This document shows, in pieces, positions 49,143 to 61,100 of a stretch of 64,000 nt of DNA. The position numbers were made by a program, and so were the translations under genes. The number at the start of each line of letters is the position of its first letter. The first letter of the stretch is position 1. The notes beneath the pieces are model-generated. The model was not told where the DNA came from, did not search any database, and was given only the letters and a program-made list of their open reading frames with translations. Source of the stretch: Nemertoderma westbladi (Eukaryota; Animalia; Xenacoelomorpha); assembly GCA_032718475.1 (NCBI GenBank), contig JAUCBJ010009135.1, positions 82,626 through 146,625 of the forward strand, in the 5' to 3' direction.

Positions 49143-49170
49143 CTAGGTGGTGTAAAAATTACAAAAAGTA
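49143..49170 (-). promoter_or_regulatory. Putative 3' splice acceptor just upstream of the caspase ORF
   Basis: Minus strand reads tactttttgtaatttttacaccacctag|caagcaATG (pyrimidine-rich tract + TAG, phase 0 relative to the ORF). Confidence 0.45.
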
Positions 49171-50189
49171 TACAAATATGTGCAAAATAATTTGATTTGT
49201 TTTGGCTCGTCTCATTTCAAAAATATAACTATAACTAACTAATAATCTCTTTATATATATTATATATAAAAATTAGTCAGCTCAGGGTCCCCAGATCCTG
49301 CTACAATTGTGGTAGAAATGTGGTACTGTACTGTCAGCCCAGTAGGCCAGCCCGTTCAACACCAGTAGCCTATTGATCATTTAGTGATCAATAGTTCATC
49401 ATAGAGTGGGTTTGTAAGCCCCATCAAATAAAGACAACACAGAAGCCGGAGCTAGAAGGTTGTTGCCTCTAGGGTGTTAGTAGTGATTATGTGAGTATGT
49501 GACAATGTGACAAGGATAATAATATGAGTGAGGCACCGAGAAGGTGTTACTGAGTACTGAGTTACTGAGCTTTTATATTAATTGAGAAACATTAAAAAAA
49601 GATACACAGACTTTACTAATCAATATATTTGTGCCTTAATAAAAAGGATGTGTAACTTCCGAGCAAACCGTAAGACAACATTTACTGTATGGGTATTCAA
49701 ATAAATATATTAATACTACAGTATATAGTATCAATATATTGAAATATACTTTGTAATGTATTTAATAGTTATTGTCTAGCACAATGGTAATACTGGATAC
49801 TCCTCTATCAGTGTTAGGTAACCTAACCTTGGAAGCACACACTTGGCTTGCTGTATAACAAAACTAACTCTACAGTCGGCAGAAGGGCTGTAGGGTAGGC
49901 CATAGATAGGCGGATGGTAATCAATCAATGGCTAGCCATGCAGACAAGGTCGACGGAAGATGGAATGTAATCAAACAATGGCGGCCTCCTGCGAAGATGC
50001 TTGTAGGAGTTGCGACCACAACCGGTTTATTCGCACAACTGAAAGATATGAGAATGAGAACCCTCCAGGAGAAATACTGGCTCGGACGTCACCCGGGTCA
50101 ACAAGGAATGCGTCCCTCAGTGGTGCAGGCACACCAGGCCTGCATCGAAAAAACTGTTACTGTAACATAAGACAGAGAAGAAAGAAGAA

Positions 50190-52172
50190 CCAACCTGTTG
50201 AAATGTAAAAAGACACTACATATCGCTACAATGAACACAACACACACACACTCCAAAAGATCATAGCAACAAGGGTCACAGCTCTGGCAACGGAATATAA
50301 AATCAACAACATCTGTATTCAAGAACATCGGATTTCAGCTGGATTACATTCTTATCAACAAAAAGTGGAGAAACATCATGATTAACTGCGAGGCATACAG
50401 CTCGTTCAGCCTAATTGGTTTGACCACAGAATCGTGACTGCAGAGATCAGACTCAGTTTGAGAACCAGCAAACCCAGGACTAGCAAGCGAATCAACTATG
50501 ACTGGGAGAAACTCAGAACTGACATTGCAGTAAAGGATGCTTATTATTTAGAGCAGCAGTAGTTCCAGTACTCCTCTACGGGAGTCCATGCTGGGCTCTA
50601 ACTGCTGAGGACACCAAATCTCTGGATGGCACATTCACAAGAATGCTACGCCGGGTACATTGTGTCAAGTACAATGCACACATCTCCAACCAGACACTAT
50701 ATAACATTGGAGGTGTCTCATTGGTTCCCCCAAGCTTGACACTAGAACAAAATCGCCTCCGCTTTGCAGGACATTGCTTTCGCCGTGAGGACCAGCCTGT
50801 GCATAATCTTGTACTTTGGCAGCCTCATGGAGTGAATAAGCATGGTGGACAGCCCATGACTTTCTTGAGACGCATCTTAAAGGACACTGGCCTTAAAGAT
50901 GCGGATGATCTAGCAAATGTCATGGGTGATAGGGAGTTGTGGCGGTGCAATTTTGTTGACAAGCCGGCACAGCATTCTTAAAAATGCAGCTGCAATGCAG
51001 CATGCCGATCCTAGTAGTAGTAGTAGTAGTAAAGGATGCTTGCATAGTGATAGTAGAAATTCAAAACCGCTTTGAAGTGTTCCAGTCAATGGATGAAGGC
51101 AAGTCTCTGATTCTATATACCAAAATATAATAAAAGCCCGCAGTGAATCGTCAGGAAGCAGATTCCCCATAAACCCAAATGAAAACAGTATGTGCCATGG
51201 CAAGTCTCTGAGGTTACTTGTAAGAGATAAGATTTTAAGATAGCCTACCAAGTAAAAACCGAACAACCAACAACCGAAAACATCAACAAGGTTGAGAAAG
51301 CTAAAGAAGATCTTAAATGGGCCTACAACTTCAGCCAGGAGAAGTACATACAGGATAAAACTGAAGCAATTACAACTGCTCACATACAGCAACAATCAAG
51401 TCTTACCTGGCAAACTGTAAATGAGGTATCTGGTCGGAAAAGTTGTGCAAATGGGCGCCTCAAAGCCGATAGTCCTGAAGAACATGTTGGGAAGTGGAAA
51501 AATCACTTCAGCAACTTGCTTGGGCAGCCACCAAACATCGAGGTCAGCCCTACAAGGAAAATATATGACAAGACACTACCTATAGATACATGGGATTTCT
51601 CCAAACTGCCGAACTCCAAAGAAGCATTAAAAGCATGTCCAATAATAAAGTGAGAGGATTAGATGAAATCCCAGCGGAGGTATGGAAAACCGGAGTGCTA
51701 AACAGACCATTATTGAATGTTTGCAACCGGATGTTAAAAGGGGAAAAGCCTCCACCAATTTGGACTAAATGTCAAAAGCCTCTCCCCAAGATAGGTGACC
51801 TCGGTATACCAACAAAATATCGTGGGATCTGTCTGCTTGTGGTAGCTGCTAAAATATACAATAAAATGATTCTATATAGGATTAGGCCTCACATAGACTC
51901 AGATACTTGCACTACAGAGACTGATTGAAGGAATTAATCAAAGAATCTCCCCGCAGTCATGACTTTTGTTGACTTCAAGAAGGCATTAGACTCCATCCAT
52001 AGAGGTAAAATGCTTGAAATCCTAAGTGCTTATGGAATACCAGAAGAAATTGTTGCTGGCATTGGATTGTTATATTGTGACACAGAAGCGCAGGTACTCT
52101 TACCAGATGGTGAAACTGAGTTTTTCTCAATCCTGGCTGGCGTACTGCAAGGTGACACATTAGGTGACACAT
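50190..52172 (+). mobile_element. Degraded RTE-type LINE (family B): endonuclease and RT remnants, interrupted by a family A insertion
   Basis: LHIATMN, CIQEHR, DHRIVTAEIRLSLR, GLDEIPAEVWK, FVDFKKALDSIHR and GVLQGDT in broken frames; ends abruptly after LQGDT. Its 5' region may extend to ~49850. Confidence 0.8.
50543..51027 (+). mobile_element. 5'-truncated RTE (family A) insertion with (TAG)n tail and 14-bp TSD
   Basis: Closely similar to the reverse complement of 53845-54320 (MLRRVHCVKY...RLRFAGHCFR); TSD agtaaaggatgctt at 50529-50542 and 51028-51041. Confidence 0.92.
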
Positions 52173-52789
52173 TGAAAAAATTACGTGGCAAACTGTAAAT
52201 GAGGTGGCATGTGAGGGAGGATCCGGCTATGATATATATATAGACCAAAAAGTGATACTGAAGGAAAGCAGGGAGCCTGGAAGGATCTCTTTCCACTGTC
52301 CGACCTCACTCAACCCAGTAATATTAGTAGTTATATTAGTAGTTATACATAGTAGTTAGATTTGTATGTATTTGTTTGAATACCTTTCTGAAACAAATTA
52401 TTATTCTCAAAAACTATTTTAATTAAAATTAAGAATTATTTTGAAGATAGTTTACCAACAAGTATGTGACAACATACCATGTATTACGGAGCAAGTGTAT
52501 GTTATCACTTAAGCCGTCGTTATCCATTAGTATTATATTTGAGTTTGAAGACAAAGTCCATATTCACAAATATTACATGTTAACTAACTTGGATTCAACA
52601 ACATAAATTATATGGGGTCATATCTGTATTATATGTGAATGCGAACTAATTGTTCATCTGATTGTATCTTATATTTACTATGTCTGGATTACTGCATAAT
52701 TTGTACTGCAATACTTCTGTACTGCCGTGGGCCCACATGGGGCCTGCCTACTGGAACTGATGAAGAGGCTGGAAAGACAACTGTCAGTT

Positions 52790-53840
52790 CATCAAGAACG
52801 ATGTGTTGTCAAATGTCTGGAGTGCGTATGTACGCAAAGGAATAATGTGCGGCAGCATTATAGCTACGATTGAACCATGGGTGCATTTCACGGACTTAAT
52901 GCTGAAGGATGCTAAGCGAGCATTACTTAACACGCTGCCAATGATGGATAGGAACAGATCTAAACAACCGTTCTCAAAGTCAAGACAGAGTGGAGATGGT
53001 ATGAGGAAACTCATACTTAATGATATCATGGACGTGTTGGATTACCCAGGATTCGTGGAATTTTCCCCGACCCCTCGGTTTATCCATAATCATCTGGAAA
53101 ATATCACGCCGTTCAACACATCCGCTGAAGATATGGGTATCCTACTCCGGACTGTTAGTGCGCTACAGGATCGTCTCGTGGTTATGGAAGCCTGCTGTGC
53201 TGCTCACGCCATTACACATGGGGCACCAGCAACCAGTATACTTACGAGCCGTCCATCTGCCACTGTATCCACCACTGATGGTGTAGCATACAAATAGGCT
53301 TATCATGACGCAGTTGTTAATCCATCAGCTAGTAAAGGTACAATTACCAATCCGGCTGAACCTGCAGAAGCTGGTGACTTTCTGCAGGTTGGTGCCAATG
53401 GTCAACATCAGGAGACTCACAAAGACAAGCCTAAGCTACCATCAGGTAACAAACACAACACTGGTGGTGGTTCTACCAATAAGGTGATCTTCTGTCGATG
53501 GAGAAAACCGCGTAAGTTAGTTGCTGGTACAAAGGCTTCAGGTGGCCTTGAGACATTTGAGCCGAGGCAGACTCTTCTCCTCTCACGTTGTGCCCCCATG
53601 GTGACAGAGAGAGGAGAAGATCATGTCATATGTTAAGGATACCTTCAACATAGTTACAACCTGTGCCAAGTACAATGTCCTGTATATGACGATTCACAAG
53701 TCCTTTTGCTTTCATGTCTTGATGGCAATCGCGAGAATCTGCTAAGTCCGGATGGGTGGCCTCGCCACGTGCGTATCTGCTCCTTATATACCCACTTCCA
53801 GAACTCGAAGTTTACAAACCCGGCTAGGGACAGTTTGGTG
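52790..53840 (+). pseudogene. Probable LINE ORF1-like remnant
   Basis: ORF 52803..53297 (FTDLMLKDAKRALL..NDIMDVL, coiled-coil-like LRTVSALQDRL) and downstream broken frames (LSRCAP...LLSPDGWPRHVR) resemble ORF1 proteins of invertebrate LINEs; recognition is by motif feel only. Confidence 0.4.
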
Positions 53841-53844
53841 GGTA

Positions 53845-56126
53845 TACTACTACTAGGATCGGCATGCTGCATTGCAGCTCCATTTTTAAGAATGCTGTGC
53901 CGGCTTGTCGACTAAATTGCGCCGCCACAACTCCCTATCACCCATGATATTATATAATCGGCATTTTCAAGGCCAGTATCCTTTAAGATGGGTCTCAAGA
54001 AAGTCATGGGCTGGATACCATGCTTATTCACTCTAAGAGGCCGCCAAAGCACAAGATTATGCACTGGCTGGTCCTCACGGCGAAAGTAATGTCCTACAAA
54101 GCTGAGGCGATTTTGTTCTAGTGTCAAGCTTTGGGGAACCAATGAGACACCTCCAATGTTATATAGTGTCTGGTTGGAGATGTGTGCACTGTACTTGACA
54201 CAATGAACCCGGCGTAGCATTCTTGTGAATGTGCCATCCAGAGATTTGGTGTCCTCAGCAGTTAGAGCCCAGCATGGACTCCTATAGAGGAGTACTGGAA
54301 CTACTGCTGCTCTAAATAATCGGACCTTAAGTTTCCGATTAATTCTCGGTGACTTCCAAATCCTGGAAAGCCTATTCAAGGCTGCCCATGCCTTTCCCTT
54401 ACGTATTCGAAGGTCCTCACCTGACTTCCGGATCCATGATCCCAGGTAACAGAAGTCGTCCACATGCTCAAGCATACCATCCTTTGAGCTTATGCTCATC
54501 CGGTCAGAGACTTGCTGAGGACTTTCAAAGTTAACTGTCAGAATTTTGGTCTTTCTGGAGTTAATAAAAAGACCAACACTAGAAGCAGCATGTTCTAATG
54601 AGCTGAGGAGCCGTTGGGCTCCCTCTAATGATTCTGAGAGTACTCCTAAGTCATCAGCAAAGTCTAGATCAGTTAGGTACTTGGCAGGATTTCCTCGACT
54701 TCTGGAGCCAGTAGGTGGAGTTATCATCACCCCATCATCATTATAATGATCTAAGGACATGCGTAGAACATAGTCAACCACAATAATGAACAAGAATGGT
54801 GCAAGTGTGTCTCCTTGGAGGACGCCCCATAACACTTCAAATGGTTCTGTGTCACCGACAACAGTAGACACAAATGTTGTCGAACCATCGTATACTGATC
54901 TGATTGCTGCAATAATTTCATCAGGAATCCCATATAATGAAAGTATGCTGAACATACGTGAGCGAGAGACTGAATCAAAGGCCTTGAAGAAGTCAACAAA
55001 GATAACAGCCAGATGCCTGTCTTTCTTTTTTGATAACTCTTAAATTATCCTTCTAAGTGCCAAAATGGGCTCCATGGTCCCACGACCTTTACGGAACCCA
55101 TTCTGATTTCCACGGAGCAGTCTCTCAATGGGATCCATGATGCGATTTAATAGAATCCTATTGTATAGCTTTGCAGCAATCGAGATCAATGAGATTCCCC
55201 GAAAAGAACCATAGAGTGTTAGGTTGCCCTTCTTGGGAACTGGCACCAACTTATTTGTTTTCATTTCTTGTGGGACTCTTGTTGTTCGGTACATGTCTAC
55301 AATGATGGGATAGATGAGCTTTAAACACTCAGGTATTTTAAAGACCTCAGGGGGAACACCATCTACTCCACTGGCACGATTAGTCTTAATGCTCTTTGCA
55401 GCAGCCTTCACTTCTGCAAAGGAGATATAGCCAATGGGAATATCTGGGAGTACAGACTCAGACACTTTTACTTCTATAAAGTTATCAGGCAATACCCTGT
55501 CATTATTGAGGAGCTTTTCAAAGTGGGCTTTCCAACCATTGAGGCGATCGGCTGGTGATTCAGCCTTAACCTTGGTGGTTGGTTGGCTTTTCCGCCCAGT
55601 AAGAAGATTGATCGATTTCCATCCCTGGGATGATTGCCTGCTGTCGTCAGCATCATTGATGGCATCAAACTGTTGGTTTATTAGCTCCTGTAGATTAGCA
55701 GAGTACTGCCTGTTCAGGGACCTAGATGCAGCCTTAACTGCATTCTTGGCCGCTGTAGTCTGTTTGAGTCGGGACTCTTTCTGCCCCTTATGAAGGTCAT
55801 TTCGGCACTTCTGAATTTTATTGTCAGTCCAGGGGGCCCTTTCCTGTTTCGAGGGTATACAGGAACTGTTTCTGCAGCTGCTAACTTAACTGCTTCTGTA
55901 AAGGCAGTATAGCTCTCACAGTGATCTGCCGCCTCAGAGGCAAGAGCAGCATACCTGTTGCTCAGCTGTAGTGTGAAGCTGGATCTCAAACTTGGCTGTT
56001 GCAACAGAGAGGACCAGTCATGCCGCGGCAAGGCAGATTTCGTTGTTCTGCTAGCACGCAGACTAAGTCTTACCTTGGCCACAATAAGGCGGCGATCACT
56101 GGAGAAGGGTCGAAGTGTAAATGCAT
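53845..56126 (-). mobile_element. RTE-type LINE (family A), 3' 2.3 kb, disrupted reading frame
   Basis: ORF pieces 55714..56082, 55040..55492 (ASGVDGVP, FRGISL, QNGFRKGR) and 53912..54955 (GVLQGDTLAPFLF, LDFADD, FCYLGS); (TAG)n tail at 53845-53856; endonuclease C-terminal SDR motif near 56095. Confidence 0.92.
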
Positions 56127-56674
56127 TGTGACGGGATCCAAAAATCCCGGTTTATCCTGGTTCTTTGTTTACGCGTCCCCGCCGTGTGTAAAAGAGTTAT
56201 TATAGTTCTTCCGATGTTATTGATATATATGTATACGATGCAATAGAGTAAAGTAAGTTAGCACAGTTGATGAGTAAACGGTAATATACCTGTAATATTG
56301 ATGGATGATGGTGGCGACGACGGTAACAAAAGTCACTGTTCTGCCCTAACTGTACTGAGATAACTGAATCAATGAATAACACCAACCGGTAATATACTGC
56401 TCTGGTTTGGCCATATTACTCAGCGGATGCCTGCCCCCCATTGGCTGATAACCTAATTCTCGCCCTCCCATCTCTCTGGGAGTGTTTCCCCTTGCTACTG
56501 TTACTCTCTCTCCTTGGGGTATAACCTCTGACCCCCCATTATGTGTGTGTCCTTTTGGGTTTCTCATCCCCGTTTATTGGGGTGATACGAGGTTGATTGG
56601 CAATCAACCTCGTACTCTCAATATTGCTTAAAGCTAACTTTATGGGGTGGTTAGCGGAATTGAATTCGCTAACA
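56127..56674 (-). repeat. Candidate 3' LTR of the BEL/Pao element
   Basis: Begins TGT (tgtgacgg, directly abutting the cut RTE) and ends ACA (cgctaaca), followed on + by ctccccccc (polypurine tract on the minus strand). The partner LTR is not in the window. Confidence 0.45.
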
Positions 56675-57699
56675 CTCCCCCCCATGCTATCTTCCCGGTG
56701 AGAAGATAGCATCCACCTTTAGTGCGCTATAATTCCGCTGGATGGAGCTATTTTTTCTCGGAGCCGGCTTTCCAGGCCGCTCCCTATGGGTATGATATCG
56801 CTACCCCGTCTTGGTGCAACTTTATCTATCTAGCACCAAGACATCTGGTGTCCCATGTCTGGCCGATCGTGCGCTTCTCTCATACAATTTTTGTTTCCCC
56901 AACACTCTCACCACTCTAACTCCGCTCTATCCCTTACTCCAACTTCTCATTGCTCCAACTCTCACTCCTCCCCCCCACACTCGAATTGCACTCCTCTCAC
57001 TGTCCCTCATCCTGTCAAAAAACCTCCTCTCCATTCTCGCTTTCGATCCCCATTCTCGCTTTCGTCCCTTATACACTTATCGGGCCCCACACATGTGCGC
57101 ACATGTTACTGGGAGCCGTCTAAGTCCCGTCCTGTCGCCCTAGTCAATTAATCCCCAGCCCCAGTAGCTAATTGGAAAAGGTTGTGCTTGACTACGGTAC
57201 ATACTTTATAATATATATGTGAGTTACTTATATAATTATTATAAGGCTATTATTATCATATATTATATTATATGCTCATCTACATAACGCGCCTCGTTCT
57301 CTCTCGGCCTTTCTCGCCTGGCGACTTCTTCCAGTCTCTTCTCCCCAAATCCATCCGCTTCCAACTTCTCCCACGTGATATGTATATCCACCTCCCTGTC
57401 TACTAGATGCCGGCTGTTGTATTACGCCGACTCGCCCTCCAGACCTTCGAAGGCCACCTAGAAGGCCCTTCTGTAGTTCGGAGGTGATCCTGATATTATT
57501 AACTTTTATTTTAATTTTGTCTTATCTCTATTTTGTGCTATTACCCTACCTACCTTTCTGGCTACTACTTCTACGGTATTTTGTGCTTTCTAATCTCTTA
57601 CTGCTAACTCTACTAACCCTACTAGCTCTATTTCTACCATCTCTTACTATATATTATATCTTATACATATCCTCCTACCACTAATTCTTGCTACTAACT

Positions 57700-58185
57700 G
57701 TACTCTACGTACCCTCTTACTAACTAGTTCTACAACTCCTACTACTCTTACTAACCGGTACTATGTACCCTCTTACTAACTTCCAACTCCACTAACTCTT
57801 ACTAACCGGTACTATGTACCCTCTTACTAACTTCCAACTCCACTAACTCTTACTAACCGGTACTACGTACCCTCTTACTAACTTCTAACTCGACTAACTC
57901 TTACTAACCAGTACTACGTACCCTCTTACTAACTTCCAACTCCACTAACTCTTACTAACCGGTACAACGTACCCTCTTACTAACTTCTAACTCCACTAAC
58001 TCTTACTAACCGGTACTACGTACCCTCTTTCTAACTTCTAACTCTCCCAACTAACGGTACTACGTACCCTCTTACTACTAACTAACTATCTAACTAATGG
58101 TACTACGTACCCTCTTACTGCTTAACTAACTATCTAACTAACGGTACTACGTACCCTCTTACTACTAACTCTTACTAACTTCTAT
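57700..58185. repeat. 51-bp tandem repeat with degenerate shorter units in the 3' region of the BEL/Pao element
   Basis: ctatgtaccctcttactaacttccaactccactaactcttactaaccggta at 57761, 57812 and onward; ~6 good copies plus decayed ones. Confidence 0.88.
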
Positions 58186-61100
58186 CTGCCTACTTACTGC
58201 GTACCTATTATGTACTATTACTTTCTATTATTTTATTTTATTTTTTATTTTATGTGTGGGAAGGGCGTCTCGCCCTCAATCCCACCCCCCTCAGTCCAAC
58301 ATTTGGACGACTAAACTCTACTCGACTAAGGTGCCCCCTCTAGTAGGCAGCACTTCCCTACAGCCCTCCTGTAGGTCTTCCTATCTTTCGCTCCTTTCTT
58401 ACCACCTATCCGCACTTCTACCTATCGGACTCTTCCATCCTCATCGGAGTAAGTGCCCACAACTCTCGCCAATCGCCATTGGTTGTTGATGATGGTATCG
58501 TCCGTGACGATCACCAGATCACCTCCTTTAACTCCCTGTTTGTATTTCTCCACTTGCTTCTCCTATGAAGCGTGGGTAGATATTCCTCGACCCACCTCCT
58601 CCAGTACTCCGCGCTTATCGCCTTAGCGACTTTCCAACTCTGTCGGGAGTGTATATCGTCTGGGTCTACACCCTGCATGTCGATGGTCGCTGGCCTTTCC
58701 ATTAGAAAGTGACTGGGCGTCAGCACATCTAATGACTCTGGATCATCATTTTCTGGATATAGCGGTATGCTATTAATGATACCCTCACACTTTGCTAGTA
58801 CCGTCCTCAGTACGTCCTCTGTTACTATGTGGGTGTTCATCAACTTCGTCATCAGACGCTTTGAACTACCCACGAGTCTCTCGACGCATCCTAGAGTTTG
58901 CGGAGCATACGGCGTCCTCCTCTCCCACTTCACCTGTCGTCTCCTCATGGCTGCCCTGACTTCCTCCCCTTCCAGGATATCCAAGGCCTCTGCCATCTCG
59001 TTCTCCGCCCCCACAAAGTTGGTGCCGTTGTCGGAGTATATTACTGCGATCGTCCCACCTTTGCGGTCTCTGAACCTTTCTAGGGCATTAATGAATGCCG
59101 ATGCGGTTGCATCTTGGGCGAGTTCTATCCCTACCACCCGTGTGTTGTTACATACGAAGATAATACCGTAGCGTTTCTTCGTGTGTCGCATCGCCTTAAT
59201 CTTTATCGGCCCGAACATGTCCACACCGCAGTGCGTGAATGGCGGGTCGTGCTGTCTCACCCTACTGGCCGGTAGTGGCGCCATCTGCTGTATGGCTCGT
59301 TCCTTCTTCATATGTCTGCAGGTCTGGTAATGCCCCACCACCGCCTTTACCTTCTTCCTCAACTGTTTGACCCAAAAGGTCCTTCGTATCTCCGTGAGGG
59401 TCTGGTTGGTGCCCCCGTGCAATATCGACTTGTGGGAGTCCCAGATAATCTGGTGGACTATCGGCGATCCATTAGGGATGATGATGGGCTTTGGCGGAAT
59501 GATAATACTGTTATTGTTCAACACCCTAGAGTTCATTACTAAGATCCCGTCGTCATTGAGTTGTGGCGACAGCGCGATCAGCTCACTGTCCCGTCGGAGA
59601 TGCTGTTGTTTACCGACGCATTCCACCTCGTCGCCGTAATTCTTTCTCTGTTCGTAGCGGATGCCGGCCTTGGCCGCTCCCTCCAGATCGATTGTTGTTC
59701 TAATTTTTACATCTTGGCCGACTCCCTTGAGGAAATCCCCGAAGGCTCTCCAGTACACCACTAACTTCTTGGTCTTGTACCAACTAGAGCTGTAGCTAAG
59801 GAGTTTGTCCGTTGGGTTATCGCACAGTTCTTCCGGTTTTGGTTGCACGTCCCTTATCTCCCTCACCATTTGGCTATATATCTCTTCACCCTCTGAATCT
59901 CCTCCCTCTTCCTCTAATGTTACTTCCCCTGAGCCCGGGTCCACCTTTCTCATCGGCGGCCAGGCTGTCTTATCGTTTAGAAATTGCGGCCCATGCTGCC
60001 ACAATACTTCCTTCTTCAAGAAAGTGTGGTGTGCTATGCCCCTCGATAACAAGTCCGCTGGGTTCTCATCCGTTGGGCAGTAGTGCCACCTTTCCAACTC
60101 TGTCGTTGCCCTTATTTTGTCCACCCTGTTTGCGACGAATATATCTCGTCCTTCCGTTATGTAGCCAATCAAGCACTACCATGGAGTCCGTCCAATAGTG
60201 TGTCTCCACTATGTTGGGAATAGCGTCCATCAAGTAGGCTGTGGCCCTAACTCCTAACCTCGCAGCTGTCAACTCGAGTTTCGGAACTGATGCTGAATCT
60301 GGCGGCGTCGACTTCGCCTTGCTGAATGCGAGTCTGGGCTTGTGAGCCCCCTCTCGTTGTACTAAGTAGAGTGCCGCTCCGTATGCCTCTAATGACGCAT
60401 CGGAGAACATGTGCAGATCCAGATTCGTCATGCCCCCATCCGGGAAATACACGCGTGGCATGCTGTATGTTCCCATCTGTTCCAAACTCTCTGTCCACTT
60501 GCGCCACTGCTTGCTGGTCTCTTCCGGGACCTCTATATCCCATTCTTCCTTTAGTTTGTATACTTTCTTAAGTATCTGTTTCCCCGTGACTAGTAGTGGG
60601 GATGCTAGGCCTAGGGGATCGTATATCCTTGCTATGTACGACACATAGCCCCTCTTTGTGTGGATGTCTGCGCCCTCTTGGCTCAACTGGTACTTCAGTT
60701 CGTCCGTCTCTCGGTTCCACACGATCCCTAGTGCCTTATGTTGGGACTCTACTCTCTTGTTCGCCATGTCCTGTCCCTTGGCTGTCGTGGGATTATCCAT
60801 GGTCGACTCTGGCCTCCTGTCCTCTATGGCTTTCATGAACTCTTGCGATCTGGATTGGAACTTGGTTAGGTTAAACCCGGATCCTTTTAGGATGTCGCGA
60901 ACTTCGCGCGCCGTATCCAGTAGTTCCTTAACCGTATTTCCAGACTCCATCCCGTCGTCTACATAGAAGCCGCGTCGAATCATATCGACGGCTTTGGCGC
61001 TATATTTACCTTCCTTCCATATTACCGTGTCTCTTACGGCTACAGTCATCGTAAATGAAGACGACTTGGCTCCCATATTCTGTACTACCATCTTATACAT

